A DNA stretch of 64,000 nt from Paraspadella gotoi. Its lineage: Eukaryota; Animalia; Chaetognatha. The position numbers and the translations under genes were made by a program. Under the pieces are notes generated by a model, which made no database searches, had not been told where the DNA came from, and saw nothing but the letters and a program-made list of their open reading frames with translations. Where the stretch lies: NCBI GenBank assembly GCA_051294375.1, contig CM119264.1, positions 14,472,682-14,536,681 on the forward strand, written 5' to 3'. Below are positions 12,014 to 23,365 of this stretch, piece after piece. Within the stretch, counting starts at the first letter, position 1. Each line of letters starts with the position of its first letter.

Positions 12014-15000
12014 CCTCAATATACCCGTAATGTGCCGTCATGACGTATTCTCCGCGTGTAACGACGACTTTTGGCCCCCGGCTCCCAACGTCGGAAGACG
12101 AAACTAAAATGAAAAAGAAAAAAAAGAGCATCTGTGGAAAATTTCGCGATAAAAAAAAAGAATGGAAAGGGCAGAGCACGAATTACGTGGTCCGACCGGG
12201 CGGTCGGCGACGTTTGCGCCTTGGAAAAAAAAAAACCCCGTCAACAAGACCTTTTCCATTCCCGCGAGGCGAAGGACGGAACGCGGCTCAGGAGGGGCGG
12301 GGCTCGAGTCGGGGATTGCGCCCCCTTCAGGAGACAAATGAAAAACCCGAAGAAAACAAAAGAACGAAAAAGAAAAAGTAAAAAAAAAAAAAAAGAATGG
12401 AAACAAGGGGGAAAAACAAGAAAGAAAACCAATGAGGTAATTTGTACTCTTTATTTGGAGGCAACGTTGGCAATTTGCCCGCTGTGAGCGAGAAACAACA
12501 TAAACCAAAAGAGAAAAAAAGAAAATCGAAAGGAGAGTAAAAAAGGGAGAAATATCTTTAAATTTTACGGTTTTAGAAAGTACGTATTTAGAGATTTAAC
12601 GACTTGTTTTTCTCCTCGGAGAAATTTAGAGATTTTTAACCGTTTGTTTATTTGGATTCGAATTCGTTTTCCCGCCGCTTGGGGTCTCTCAGGCGGAAAG
12701 ACGAGGAAATATTATCGAAACAAATTTAGAAGAGAAAAGGGGAGAAAAAAAAAATTCAATTTTTTTTTTTCAAATTTTTTTACGCGGATTCAATGTTTTG
12801 TTAAAACACTTAACAGATATAATTTATTTTTCTCTCAATCGATGTCTCTCCATTACGCCCCCTCCAACCCCGAAACACCCGTCTCCCCGTGTCTCCCCCC
12901 TTCCGTCGTCCGTGAACCCCCTCGCCCCAAAATAGTCTCCCGTCTCGCGTTGGGGCCCTCCATCCGCCACTTGAGACTCGGGGGATCTCCGCCAGAGGAC
13001 GACACGCGGCACCGGAAGGCGGCGCGCTCTCCTTCCCGAAGGATTCGCTTTCTGCAGTGGTTGGAAATTAAATGACAATCGACGAAAAATAATCAACGTT
13101 TTTTTTGTTTTTTTTTTTTAACCAAATTTTATTTAGGAAAAAAAATGTAAAATCTAAATCCAAAATATACGTGATAATTAATGTTTTTGGTTCCTTTTAA
13201 ATTCATGACTATTCGGAATTCAACGAACACGTGCTGTGGTTTGAATTTTCGATTGCTCAGTTGTTTTGTCGTTTGTTTTGAGTCGCTGCGTTTCTTTGGC
13301 GCGATTTTATTTCCTTCATTACCCTCTCCTCATTTTNNNNNNNNNNATCTCGACTGTAATTGGACTCGTATTTTCGGATTTTTTTGACTGGTGAGAGCGA
13401 GATAAAGGGTGAGAGCTGAGNNNNNNNNNNGATAAATATATCTGGGATTTTGCCCTCTTCTTCCTTTAGACGTTTTGAGGGAGATGATTGATGTGAAATG
13501 TGGGGAGGCAGAAAGGAAAAGGATGGAACTGAGAAAAATGGGAAAAAAGTGTTAACTATTATTATCAGTAACAAAGGATTAAGAGTTCAAGAAAATAGGT
13601 TAAACATAAAAAAAATGTTAAAAATGTTAAAATACGTAAAAGGAAAAACATTAAAACAAATCAGAATGAAGAAATTTATTGAGAAAAAAGTGCAATGAAA
13701 TTTGGAAGTCAATCAAATGTAGATAGATTAAAGAAATCAACTCCTTGGTGGAGTTATTTTATGTAGGCCGTTATATCTGACTTTTAGTAGAAATCCAATG
13801 AATACCTTTAACTTTATTACAGGGATGTGGAGCCGGAGCCGGAGCCGGAGCTGGAGCCGCTGGAGCCGAGCTTTTTTTGCCGGAGCCGGAGCCGGAGCCG
13901 GAGCCAGAATTTTTATCTAGCCGGAGCCGGAGCTGGAGCCGGAGCCGAAAAAAATTTTTGACCGGAGCCGGAGCTGGAGCCGGAGCCGAAATAAAAATGC
14001 CCGGCTCCAGCTCCATAAAAATAAAATAAGATTATAATTATCAAATTAAAAAAAATATTTAAAAAAATATAATATTGATTTTTATAATTCATGAAAATTT
14101 TCAACTTACTTATTTTACTTATTTTCTATTTTTCTATTTTTTTATTTTTATAATTTATATAATATCATATATTTATTATAGTACATAAAGATTAAGTTAA
14201 ATAATTAATAATTCTTTATTTTAATCTATTAAATTTATTATAAAATACTTTCAATTTTAATGAAGTAAAATTTATCCCTGAATATGCTTTGCTCACTAAC
14301 TACAGAGTCTGATTAAACGGCAAAGCTTTTCCAATAATATATTTTTAAATAATAATATAATAATAAAAGTTTATTTTTCTTACGTATATTTTTTTCTTAT
14401 TATATACTTGCAATTTTGTTACATATGGTTTGAAACATATTTATTAAAGATAAAAAATTAAATTACTTTAAATATATACTCTTTTATTTTAACTTTTTTA
14501 AATTAATGAATCCAAAAATATACCGATAAAATACTCATATTTCACAGTTTACTTTCTTTCATAGTATTAAGGAGATAAACAGTTTTTTTGAATATTTGAA
14601 CAACGATTTTATTTGACCAAAATTTTAAGTCAGGATATGTTTCGGCTCACAAGGGTTAGAGCCTTCTCCAGCAGTTTTGAAATCAACAATTTTTTCTCTG
14701 TTAATTGTTAAGTTTTGGAGAAGAGAGAGAGAGATTTTACAACAAAAGATAGGGTAAGAGACAGTGGCCCGATATGTGAAGACAGCTAAAGGTGATGGAC
14801 AGGGAATAAGAAAGCAAATTTTGTGTAAAAGTCAAAAGAGAAAAGGAGAGAGAGAGGAGAGAAGAAAAATTTAAATATATCAATACATTTGCGTAAATGT
14901 ACAACAAGAGATATAGTCGGAACTAAATTAAATTAACAAACTTAAATAAAACTAATATTTAACAAATATAAAATATATTACAATTAGTTCTAAACTAAAT

Positions 15001-18000
15001 AAATAAATAAAGTGAATTAAAGTAAAAATTTTAAATGGAAGAATAAGTGGTAAGGAATAGTTAAGTAAAGTGATAGTGAAAGTAAGTGTAAAAAGAGCTC
15101 AAAATAGCTGGCTCCCCCCGGCCGGGCAATAGAGGAATATATTGATATGCCTGAAAAGGAATAACCATACTCGGTATCCTGCCAATCTTTTTTTTATTAG
15201 GTCGGACTAAGTGATAGACAAAAAGCATTGGTCAAGTTCAGGGTTTGAAAAGGGACTGGCCAGGAATAAATGGGGATATAATAAGCCTTCCCATTCACCC
15301 GTGAATGAACCCAATAAAAACCTAACCCTAATTAATTTAATCTTATTTGCAATCTTGCATCATTTACAAGAGCCATTTTTTTAGCCCTAACCCTAACCTT
15401 TTATCTCATGCCAAGCTAAAACCTTAACCCTAGTATTTTAACTCTACAAGGTGACACACAACAGCCGCGCGCTAAAAAAAATCGTCTTTACAAATTTTTA
15501 ATTTTTTTTTTAATCTGAAAAAGTTTTTCCTGTAAATAAAAACCTAACTCATTTATATAACCAAATTTTATATTGATTGGTTTTGATTTGACTTGGCACT
15601 GAGCAGAGAAAAGTTGCCTTCAAAATGTGTTTCATTTTAAAACTTTATTTTTTATTCAATCTGTTTTTATAACTTTTTAACTATTTTTTTACAAAAACTT
15701 TAATATAAAAGGTATCAATATTAATATATTCTGAAAGCTTTTAAAAATAATATAAAGAGATTGGCATAATTAAAATACTGTAATATTAAAATAGCCTATC
15801 TAGCTTTAAGATAATTATTAAATTAAATTCTTTTTAAGAGCAGTTTTTGAAATAATTATTAAATTATTGTTAACTATTTTAATTTAGTTTTTTTTAATTC
15901 TTTTTTAATGATACTTATATAACAATAATTGGTAAGATCATTATAGTAAGCGAATAGGTCAGATATTAAAAAAAATTATTTTAGTATTTTTATTATTTCT
16001 ATTTGGATTATCTTAATTAAACTAAAGCTGGTTAGGCTTATTTTCACGTTAGAATATTCTTAATATATCATTTTCTTCAAAATTTTCAAGAGCTTTCAGA
16101 ATATATTAATATTGATACCTTTTTATATAAAAGTTTTTATTTGGAGAGAAAACAAAAAATTGTTATTTGATAACAATGGTTTTGTTGTTATTTTAATTCG
16201 GATATTTTTTGACTCTAGGACTTCATAGTTTTAATTAAGCATTAAAATTCAAAAACATTTCAAGTTTTTAAATATTGAGTTTGTAAATTTAAATGCTTCG
16301 ATGAAGACTCGAAGTTTATAGAATCGAAACATGTCCGATTTAAATAAAAAAAATTATTGTTGTCAAATAATGAATTTTCGTTTTCTTTTAAATAATTCAA
16401 AAAAACAAAAAGGAAAGGATTAATACAATGTATAAAGTTTTTTAAAAAATGTTGTTTATAAAGTTAGACGATAAAATTTGAAAAAAAAGATTTGTTTTAA
16501 ATGAAAGACATTTTAAAAGCAACTTTTTCCTGGTCATTATCAAGTCAAATCATAACCAATAAATATAAATTTGGATATAATAAAATGTTTAGGGTTTTTA
16601 CTATAAAAAAATCTTTCAGATTAAAAATATCTTCACAAGTTTGCAAATGTATTGAAATTGAGCATAGGGGATAATACATCACCTGCGGGCTCTTCCTCAA
16701 AACTAACCCTACGTTTCCGTACATCTCCATGCCCTTTCCCACCCTAACCCAGGTCTAGGCCTCCCATACATTTCCATCGCCTCAACCCTACCACCTTCGA
16801 CTCGCTAACTGTGGTCTTTTCCTAACCCTAACCCTTACCCGGGCCTCTTGTTTAATAACTCCATTCCTCTCCCTTAATCCTAACCCAGACCCTGGCCTCC
16901 CAGTAATTCCTCTGTGCCTAACCCAAACCTAACTGCCTTTGATGCATCAACCATGGGGGCCTTTTTCCCTACGAAACCCGCCAGGCTTCCCTTTCCGTTC
17001 TTATGATGCAACGTCCATGCTTTTCTCCCAAATCTACCCTAACTCGGGGCCCTGGGCTCCCAAGGTATATCTCTGTGCCTTAACCTACACACCTATCCGC
17101 CTCCATTCAATCTTCATGCCTCTCGTCTAATACGCCCTAACGCTTAACCCAGGACCGGGCTTCCCTTATATATTCGTTACCTCACTTTAATTCCCTAATA
17201 TCCGCATTGCCAGTACCTTCCTTAACGCCTATGCCGGCTTTTTGTTTAAATTTTTACCTTTAAGAATTGACATTAACCCTAACCAATACCTTAAACTCCA
17301 CTTAACTTTAAGCCTAACCCAAATTACTCAACCAACCCTAATTATTACTAACTTCAACTTAACCTAATCTAACCTTATAACTATCTCAACCCTAACCTTA
17401 ACCATAAATGCTGAGATTTTAAGTAAATTCACCAATAATGATTTACATAATTACATAATAATTTACAATTAAAATTAACCAAAAAGTGAGGATGCTCACC
17501 AACAAATAAAAAAAATATTTTGCTATATTATTTAAATAATCTGTTTAAATATAATTTTTTAATTAATATAAATATATTTTTAATATTAAAATATATTATA
17601 TATTATATAATATAATAATATTAATTATAATAAAAATATAAATTATAGTACATTTAAAGAATATATGTATACAATATTTAATTTTTAAATTTTAATTATA
17701 TATATAGTAATGGAGCCGGAGTTTGAGCCGGAGCACGGAGCCGAGTTGTGAAATTTTTGCTGGAGACCGTGAGCGCCCAGGAGCCGGAGCCGACAAAAAA
17801 TTTTGCTTGGAGCCGGAGCGAGCCGAGCCTGGACGCGCGGAAAATATTTGGCTGGAGCTGGAGCCGGAGCCGGAGCCCGAAGACAAAATTAGGGTCGGCT
17901 CCACATCCTGCTTTATTATATTTATTTATCTTGACCTATTTAAAATATTTTTAGAATATTCATTATTTGAATTATTTGTAAAGTACCGGTATGTATTAAG

Positions 18001-19081
18001 AATTTTTTTTTCAAAACACTTCGAAAAAAAAAAACTAAAACTAAAATAGCCTACTAGTTTTTTTTCTCAAGGGGGAAAAAACCATTTCTTTTCGTACAAA
18101 ATTTGCCTTTCTGAAAGTTTAGGACATTGGACCCATGAAAACTCATTTTATTAGAACACTTTAGGGACTCATGTGGGAACCACGACATCTACACCATCTT
18201 CCACAAAATGAAAACGAGATTTATTGAAAATTTTGTCAACACGAAGAATGAGGTTTTATTGTACATAGTTTACAAACAATGTCTTAATTGCCTAAATTGC
18301 TTATTCATTATTTTTCCGTTGTCATTTTGCTGTTAATATAGTACGTATGTTAGTATGTACTGTATCAATAATTTCATATCAACAAAAACACAACATTAAA
18401 ACAAAATCCGACCACCTCGCACCAACCACTTGGACCACCTCCTCAACTCTTTCCTCCACCTCGCCAAGATGGCGCGGCGGACGACGGTGAAGACGAATCT
18501 TGAGGACGTTGGAACAAACGTAGACGCCGCCCGTCGTCGAAGGAGATGGAGGAGAGGGTGAGGTAGGAGGTGAGGAGGTAAGGGGAGGCTGAGGGTCGGA
18601 GGGAATTTGGGAGGGGAAGAAGGAATGAGTAAACATCTACAAAATAGATTTACTTGCCAAACTTCTCTGCTTCGTTGAGCGGAGGAATTATTAAATGTAA
18701 TATTAAAAAGGAGGGAGGAAGAAGCGGAGAGAGGAAAATGAGAAAACACGCGGGGGGGGGGCAAATAAATACGGTCAAGAGGTGAGGAAAGCGATGAAAG
18801 GAGGTCGGGTCAAGTCAGAATAAAACAAAAATTGAAAAATTGAAAAAGATGAATTGATAAAAAAAGTAGGAAAGAAAAATTTAGAAAAAGCGATTAAATA
18901 TGGGCATTTGATTTGTGGGCGGCACTTAAAAAAATATGCCAACTCAATTTCTGACAAATATAGAAAGAAAATATGAAAATATTAAACATATAATGGAGTT
19001 GAAGAAACAGTGAATTTAACTTGGTTTCGTAAGCGAATTAATTGAAGTCTCTCTCTCTCTCTCTTCTCTCTCTTCTCTCTC

Positions 19082-19140
<59 letters not shown>

Positions 19141-21801
19141 TTCCTTCCCTACTCTCGCCCTCGTCCTCTGCCTCTCACAGAAACGCATATTTTTCCTTGA
19201 GGAATTCGCGATAAGATTGAGGAGCGAGAGAAAATTGTAGCCGCGGCGCCTGAAGGGAAAAAGAGGAAAGAAAAGGAAAGAAAAGAAATAGAGAGAGAAA
19301 AAAGAGAGAGGAAAGAGGGCAGAAAAAGAATCGAGTCAAAAACAAAAGTAGTAAACCAGTTTAAAAAAAAAAAGAAAGAGGCAAAAAGAATTTTCTGAGA
19401 TTAAGAATGAGGGAATTAGTCGAAAGTTACGAGCAGAATTAGAAAGGAGAAAGAAGTTAAAGAGAAAAAGAAAATGAAAATGAAAAGTCAATGTAAAAGG
19501 AATAAAAGAGGAAAGAATAAGAGAATGCCGTTCTAAACGTGATAACATATACACATAAAACACCCACAGCACACTTAACACATTCGAAACAGATAAATAA
19601 AGAAAGAGTGGGACTGCGAGACAGACAGAAAAAAAAAAAACAAGACAGAGAGACAGGGGCAGTGACATTGCCCACCGACAAGAAGAAGAAAGAAAAAAGA
19701 AAAAGACAAATTCTATGTGAGAATCGAAAAGCGAACCGTCGCCGTTTTGGGAGAGGAGAGTGGATTTCGTGGTGTGGGTGGCGGGAATTTGTGTGGCGGG
19801 AGGAATAACGAAGAAAAAAAACAGAGAAGATTTTCTGTTTTTCTTTTCTTCTTTTTTTCGTCAACCGAAAAAAATAAGCGAGAGGAATTATTTTTTAAAG
19901 ATCGCGAGGCATGGCGCAGGATTCATGACAATTGTGCAGAATTAAATGACGTGGCGAATGGCCAGGAGACACAGGAAAAATATCGTTAGGTTTCGAAGCT
20001 CACGCAGCTAATCAAAGCGAGAATCTTAATTAAGGTTTCAAACCGAATGACCGACGTTTCGCCTTCTGAGGTATAATTGCCAAGTTAATAATAGATCATT
20101 AGGCCAGTTTTACAAATACGATACATATAACTGCCGAGTTGAGATTATAAATTAAGTCAAATATCGTTAAAAACGAATCGAATAAACTAAAACACAAAGA
20201 AACAGAGAAGCGAACAGTTGCGAAAAGGAGGGCGGGTCTCACGACGAGGAATTCGCGGATTCTCGACCGCGGAATGCGTGAGGCGCATGCGAATTTCCTT
20301 CGCTTCACGTGCGCGCGCGCTTCGCCGTCACGGGGTACCGGCGAAAAGATTTCAAGACGCGAATCCGAAGATAAAAAAGTGAATAATTGTCTGACCGTGA
20401 CGTTCGGATCGAAAAAGGAGGCAAAAGAGCGAAGGGAGATAAGAATCACCTCAGCCTCACGCTTTTTTTTTACTTTATCGAGTGGGGAAATTCTTTTCTC
20501 TCTCTCTCGTCTCTCTCTCATCGCTCTCTCTTCNNNNNNNNNNNNNNNNNNNNNNNNNAAAGAGAGAGATGAGGCCGGAGACGGAGCCGGAAAAAAATTT
20601 GGCCTGGAGCTGGAGCCGGGAGCCGAGCTCTGCCGGAGACAAAATTAGGTCGGCTCCACATCCCTGCTTTATTATATTTATTTTATCTTGACCTATTTAA
20701 AATATTTTTAGAATATTCATATTTGAATTATTTGTAAAGTACCGTATGTATTAAAGATTTTTTTTTTCAAAACAGCTTCGAAAAAAAAAAACTAAAACTA
20801 AAATAGCCTACTAGTTTTTTCTTCTCAGGGGGAAAAAACCATTTCTTTTCGTACAAAATTTGCCTTTCTGAAAGTTTAGGACATTGGACCCATGAAAACT
20901 CATTTTATTAGAACACTTTAGGGACTCATGTGGGAACCACGACATCTACAACCAATCTTCCACAAAATGAAAACGAGATTTATTGAAAATTTTGTCAACA
21001 CGAAGAATGAGGTTTTATTGTACATAGTTTACAAAAACAATGTCTTAATTGCCTAAATTGCTTATTCATTATTTTTCCGTTGTCATTTTGCTGTTAATAT
21101 ATATACGTATGTTAGTATGTACTGTATCAATAATTTCATATCAACAAAAACACAACATTAAAACAAAATCCGACCACCTCGCACCAACCACTTGGACCCA
21201 CCTCCTCAACTCTTTCCTCCACCTCGCCAAGATGGCGCGGCGGACGACGGTGAAGACGATCTTGAGGACGTTGGAACAAACGTAGACGCCGCCGTCGTCG
21301 AAGGAGATGGAGGAGAGGGTGAGGTAGGAGGTGAGGAGGTAAGGGGAGGCTGAGGGTCGGAGGGAATTTGGGAGGGGAAAGAGGAAATGAGTAAACATCT
21401 ACAAAATAGATTTACTTGCCAAACTTCTGCTTCGTTGAGCGGAGGAATTATTAAAATGAATATTAAAAAGGAGGGAGGAAGAAGCGGAGAGAGGAAAATG
21501 AGAAAAACGCGGGGGGGGGGCTAAAATAACGGTCAAGAGGTGAGGAAAGCGATGAAAGGAGGTCGGGTCAAGTCAGAATAAAACAAAAATTGAAAATTGA
21601 AAAAGATGAATTGATAAAAAAAGTAGGAAAGAAAAAATTTAAAGAAAAGCGATTAAATATGGGCATTTTGATTTGTGGGCGGCACTTAAAAATATGCCAA
21701 CTCAATTTCTGACAAATATAGAAAGAAAATATGAAAATATTAAACATATAATGGAGTTGAGAAACAGTGAATTTAACTTGGTTTCGTAAGCGAATTAATT
21801 G

Positions 21802-21841
<40 letters not shown>

Positions 21842-21844
21842 CTC

Positions 21845-21898
<54 letters not shown>

Positions 21899-23275
21899 TC
21901 CTCTCTTTCTTATTCTCTGCCCTCTTCTCTCTCCTTTTTTCCTCTTACAGATACGTATTTATTCCTGATGGTAATTCGCGATAAGATTGAGGAGCGAGAG
22001 AAAATTGTAGCCGCGGCGCCTGAGGGAAAAAGAGAGGAAAGAAAGGAAAGAAAAGAAATAGAGAGAGAAAAAAGAGAGAGGAAAGAGGGCAGAAAAAGAA
22101 ATCGAGTCAAAAACAAAAGTAGTAAACCAGTTTAAAAAAAAAGAAAGAGGCAAAAAGAATTTTCTGAGATTAAGAATGAGGGATTAGTCGAAAGTTACGA
22201 GCAGAATTAGAAAAGGAGAAAGAAGTTAAAGAGAAAAAGAAAAATGAAAATGAAAAGTCAATGTAAAAGGAATAAAAGAGGAAAGAATAAGAGAATGCCG
22301 TTCTAAACGTGATAACATTATACACATAAACACACCCACGCACACTTACACATTCGAAACAGATAAATAAAGAAAGAGTGGGAACTGCGAGACAGACAGA
22401 AAAAAAAAAAACCAGACAGAGAGACAGGGGCAGTGACATTGCACCTGAGACAGAGAGAACGAAAGAAAAAAGAAAAAGACAAATTCTATGTGAGAATCGA
22501 AAAGCGAACCGTCGCCGTTTTGGGAGAGGAGAGTGGATTTCGTGTGTGGGTGGCGGGAATTTGTGTGGCGGGAGGATAACGAAGAAAAAAAAACAGAGAA
22601 GATTTTCTGTTTTTCTTTTCTTCTTTTTTTCGTCAACCGAAAAAAATAAGCGAGAGGAATTATTTTTTTAAAGATCGCGAGGCATGGCGCAGGATTCATG
22701 ACATTGTGCAGAATTAAATGACGTGGCGAATGGCCAGGAGACACAGGAAAAATATCGTTAGGTTTCGAAGCTCACGCAGCGTAATCAAAGCGAGATCTTA
22801 ATTAAGGTTTCAAACCGGAATGACCGACGTTTCGCCTTCTGAGGTATAATTGCCAAGTTAATATAATAGATCATTAGGCCAGTTTTTACAAATACGATAC
22901 ATATAACTGCCGAGTTGAGATTATCAAATTAAGTCAAATATCGTTAAAACGAATTCGAAATAAACTAAAACACAAAGAAACAGAGAAGCGAACAGTTGCG
23001 AAAAGGAGGGCGGGTCTCACGACGAGGGAATTTCGCGGATTCTCGACCGCGGGAATGCGTGAGGCGCATGCGAATTTCCTTCGCTTCACGTGCGCGCGCG
23101 CTCGCCTGTCACGGGGTACCGGCGAAAAGATTTCAAAGACGCGAATCCGAAGATAAAAAAAGTGAATAATTGTCTGGACCGTGACTCGGATCGAAAGGAG
23201 GCAAAAGAGCGAAGGGAGATAAGAATCACCTCAAGCCTCAACGCTTTTTTTTTACTTTATCGAGGTGGGGAAATT

Positions 23276-23319
<44 letters not shown>

Positions 23320-23320
23320 C

Positions 23321-23365
<45 letters not shown>

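Larger units (their letters stand above)
13820..17910. mobile_element. Non-autonomous hAT-superfamily DNA transposon (~4.1 kb) in an IgSF intron
   Basis: TIR CAGGGATGTGGAGCCG at 13820 and CGGCTCCACATCC(C)TG ending at 17910 (perfect in the duplicate near 20651-20666). 8-bp TSD CTTTATTA at 13812-13819 and 17911-17918. GGAGCC subterminal arrays at both ends. No transposase ORF. Confidence 0.9.

Noticed and set aside
13771-14104. Ala-Pro/Gly-Ser repeat proteins (also 17692-18049)
   Set aside because: They are translations of the hAT GGAGCC subterminal repeats.
18460-21349. Two copies of the Ig1 exon as Dscam-like mutually exclusive exons
   Set aside because: The copies differ only by two 1-bp insertions, the whole intron is duplicated too, and a 25-N gap separates them, which points to an artefact.
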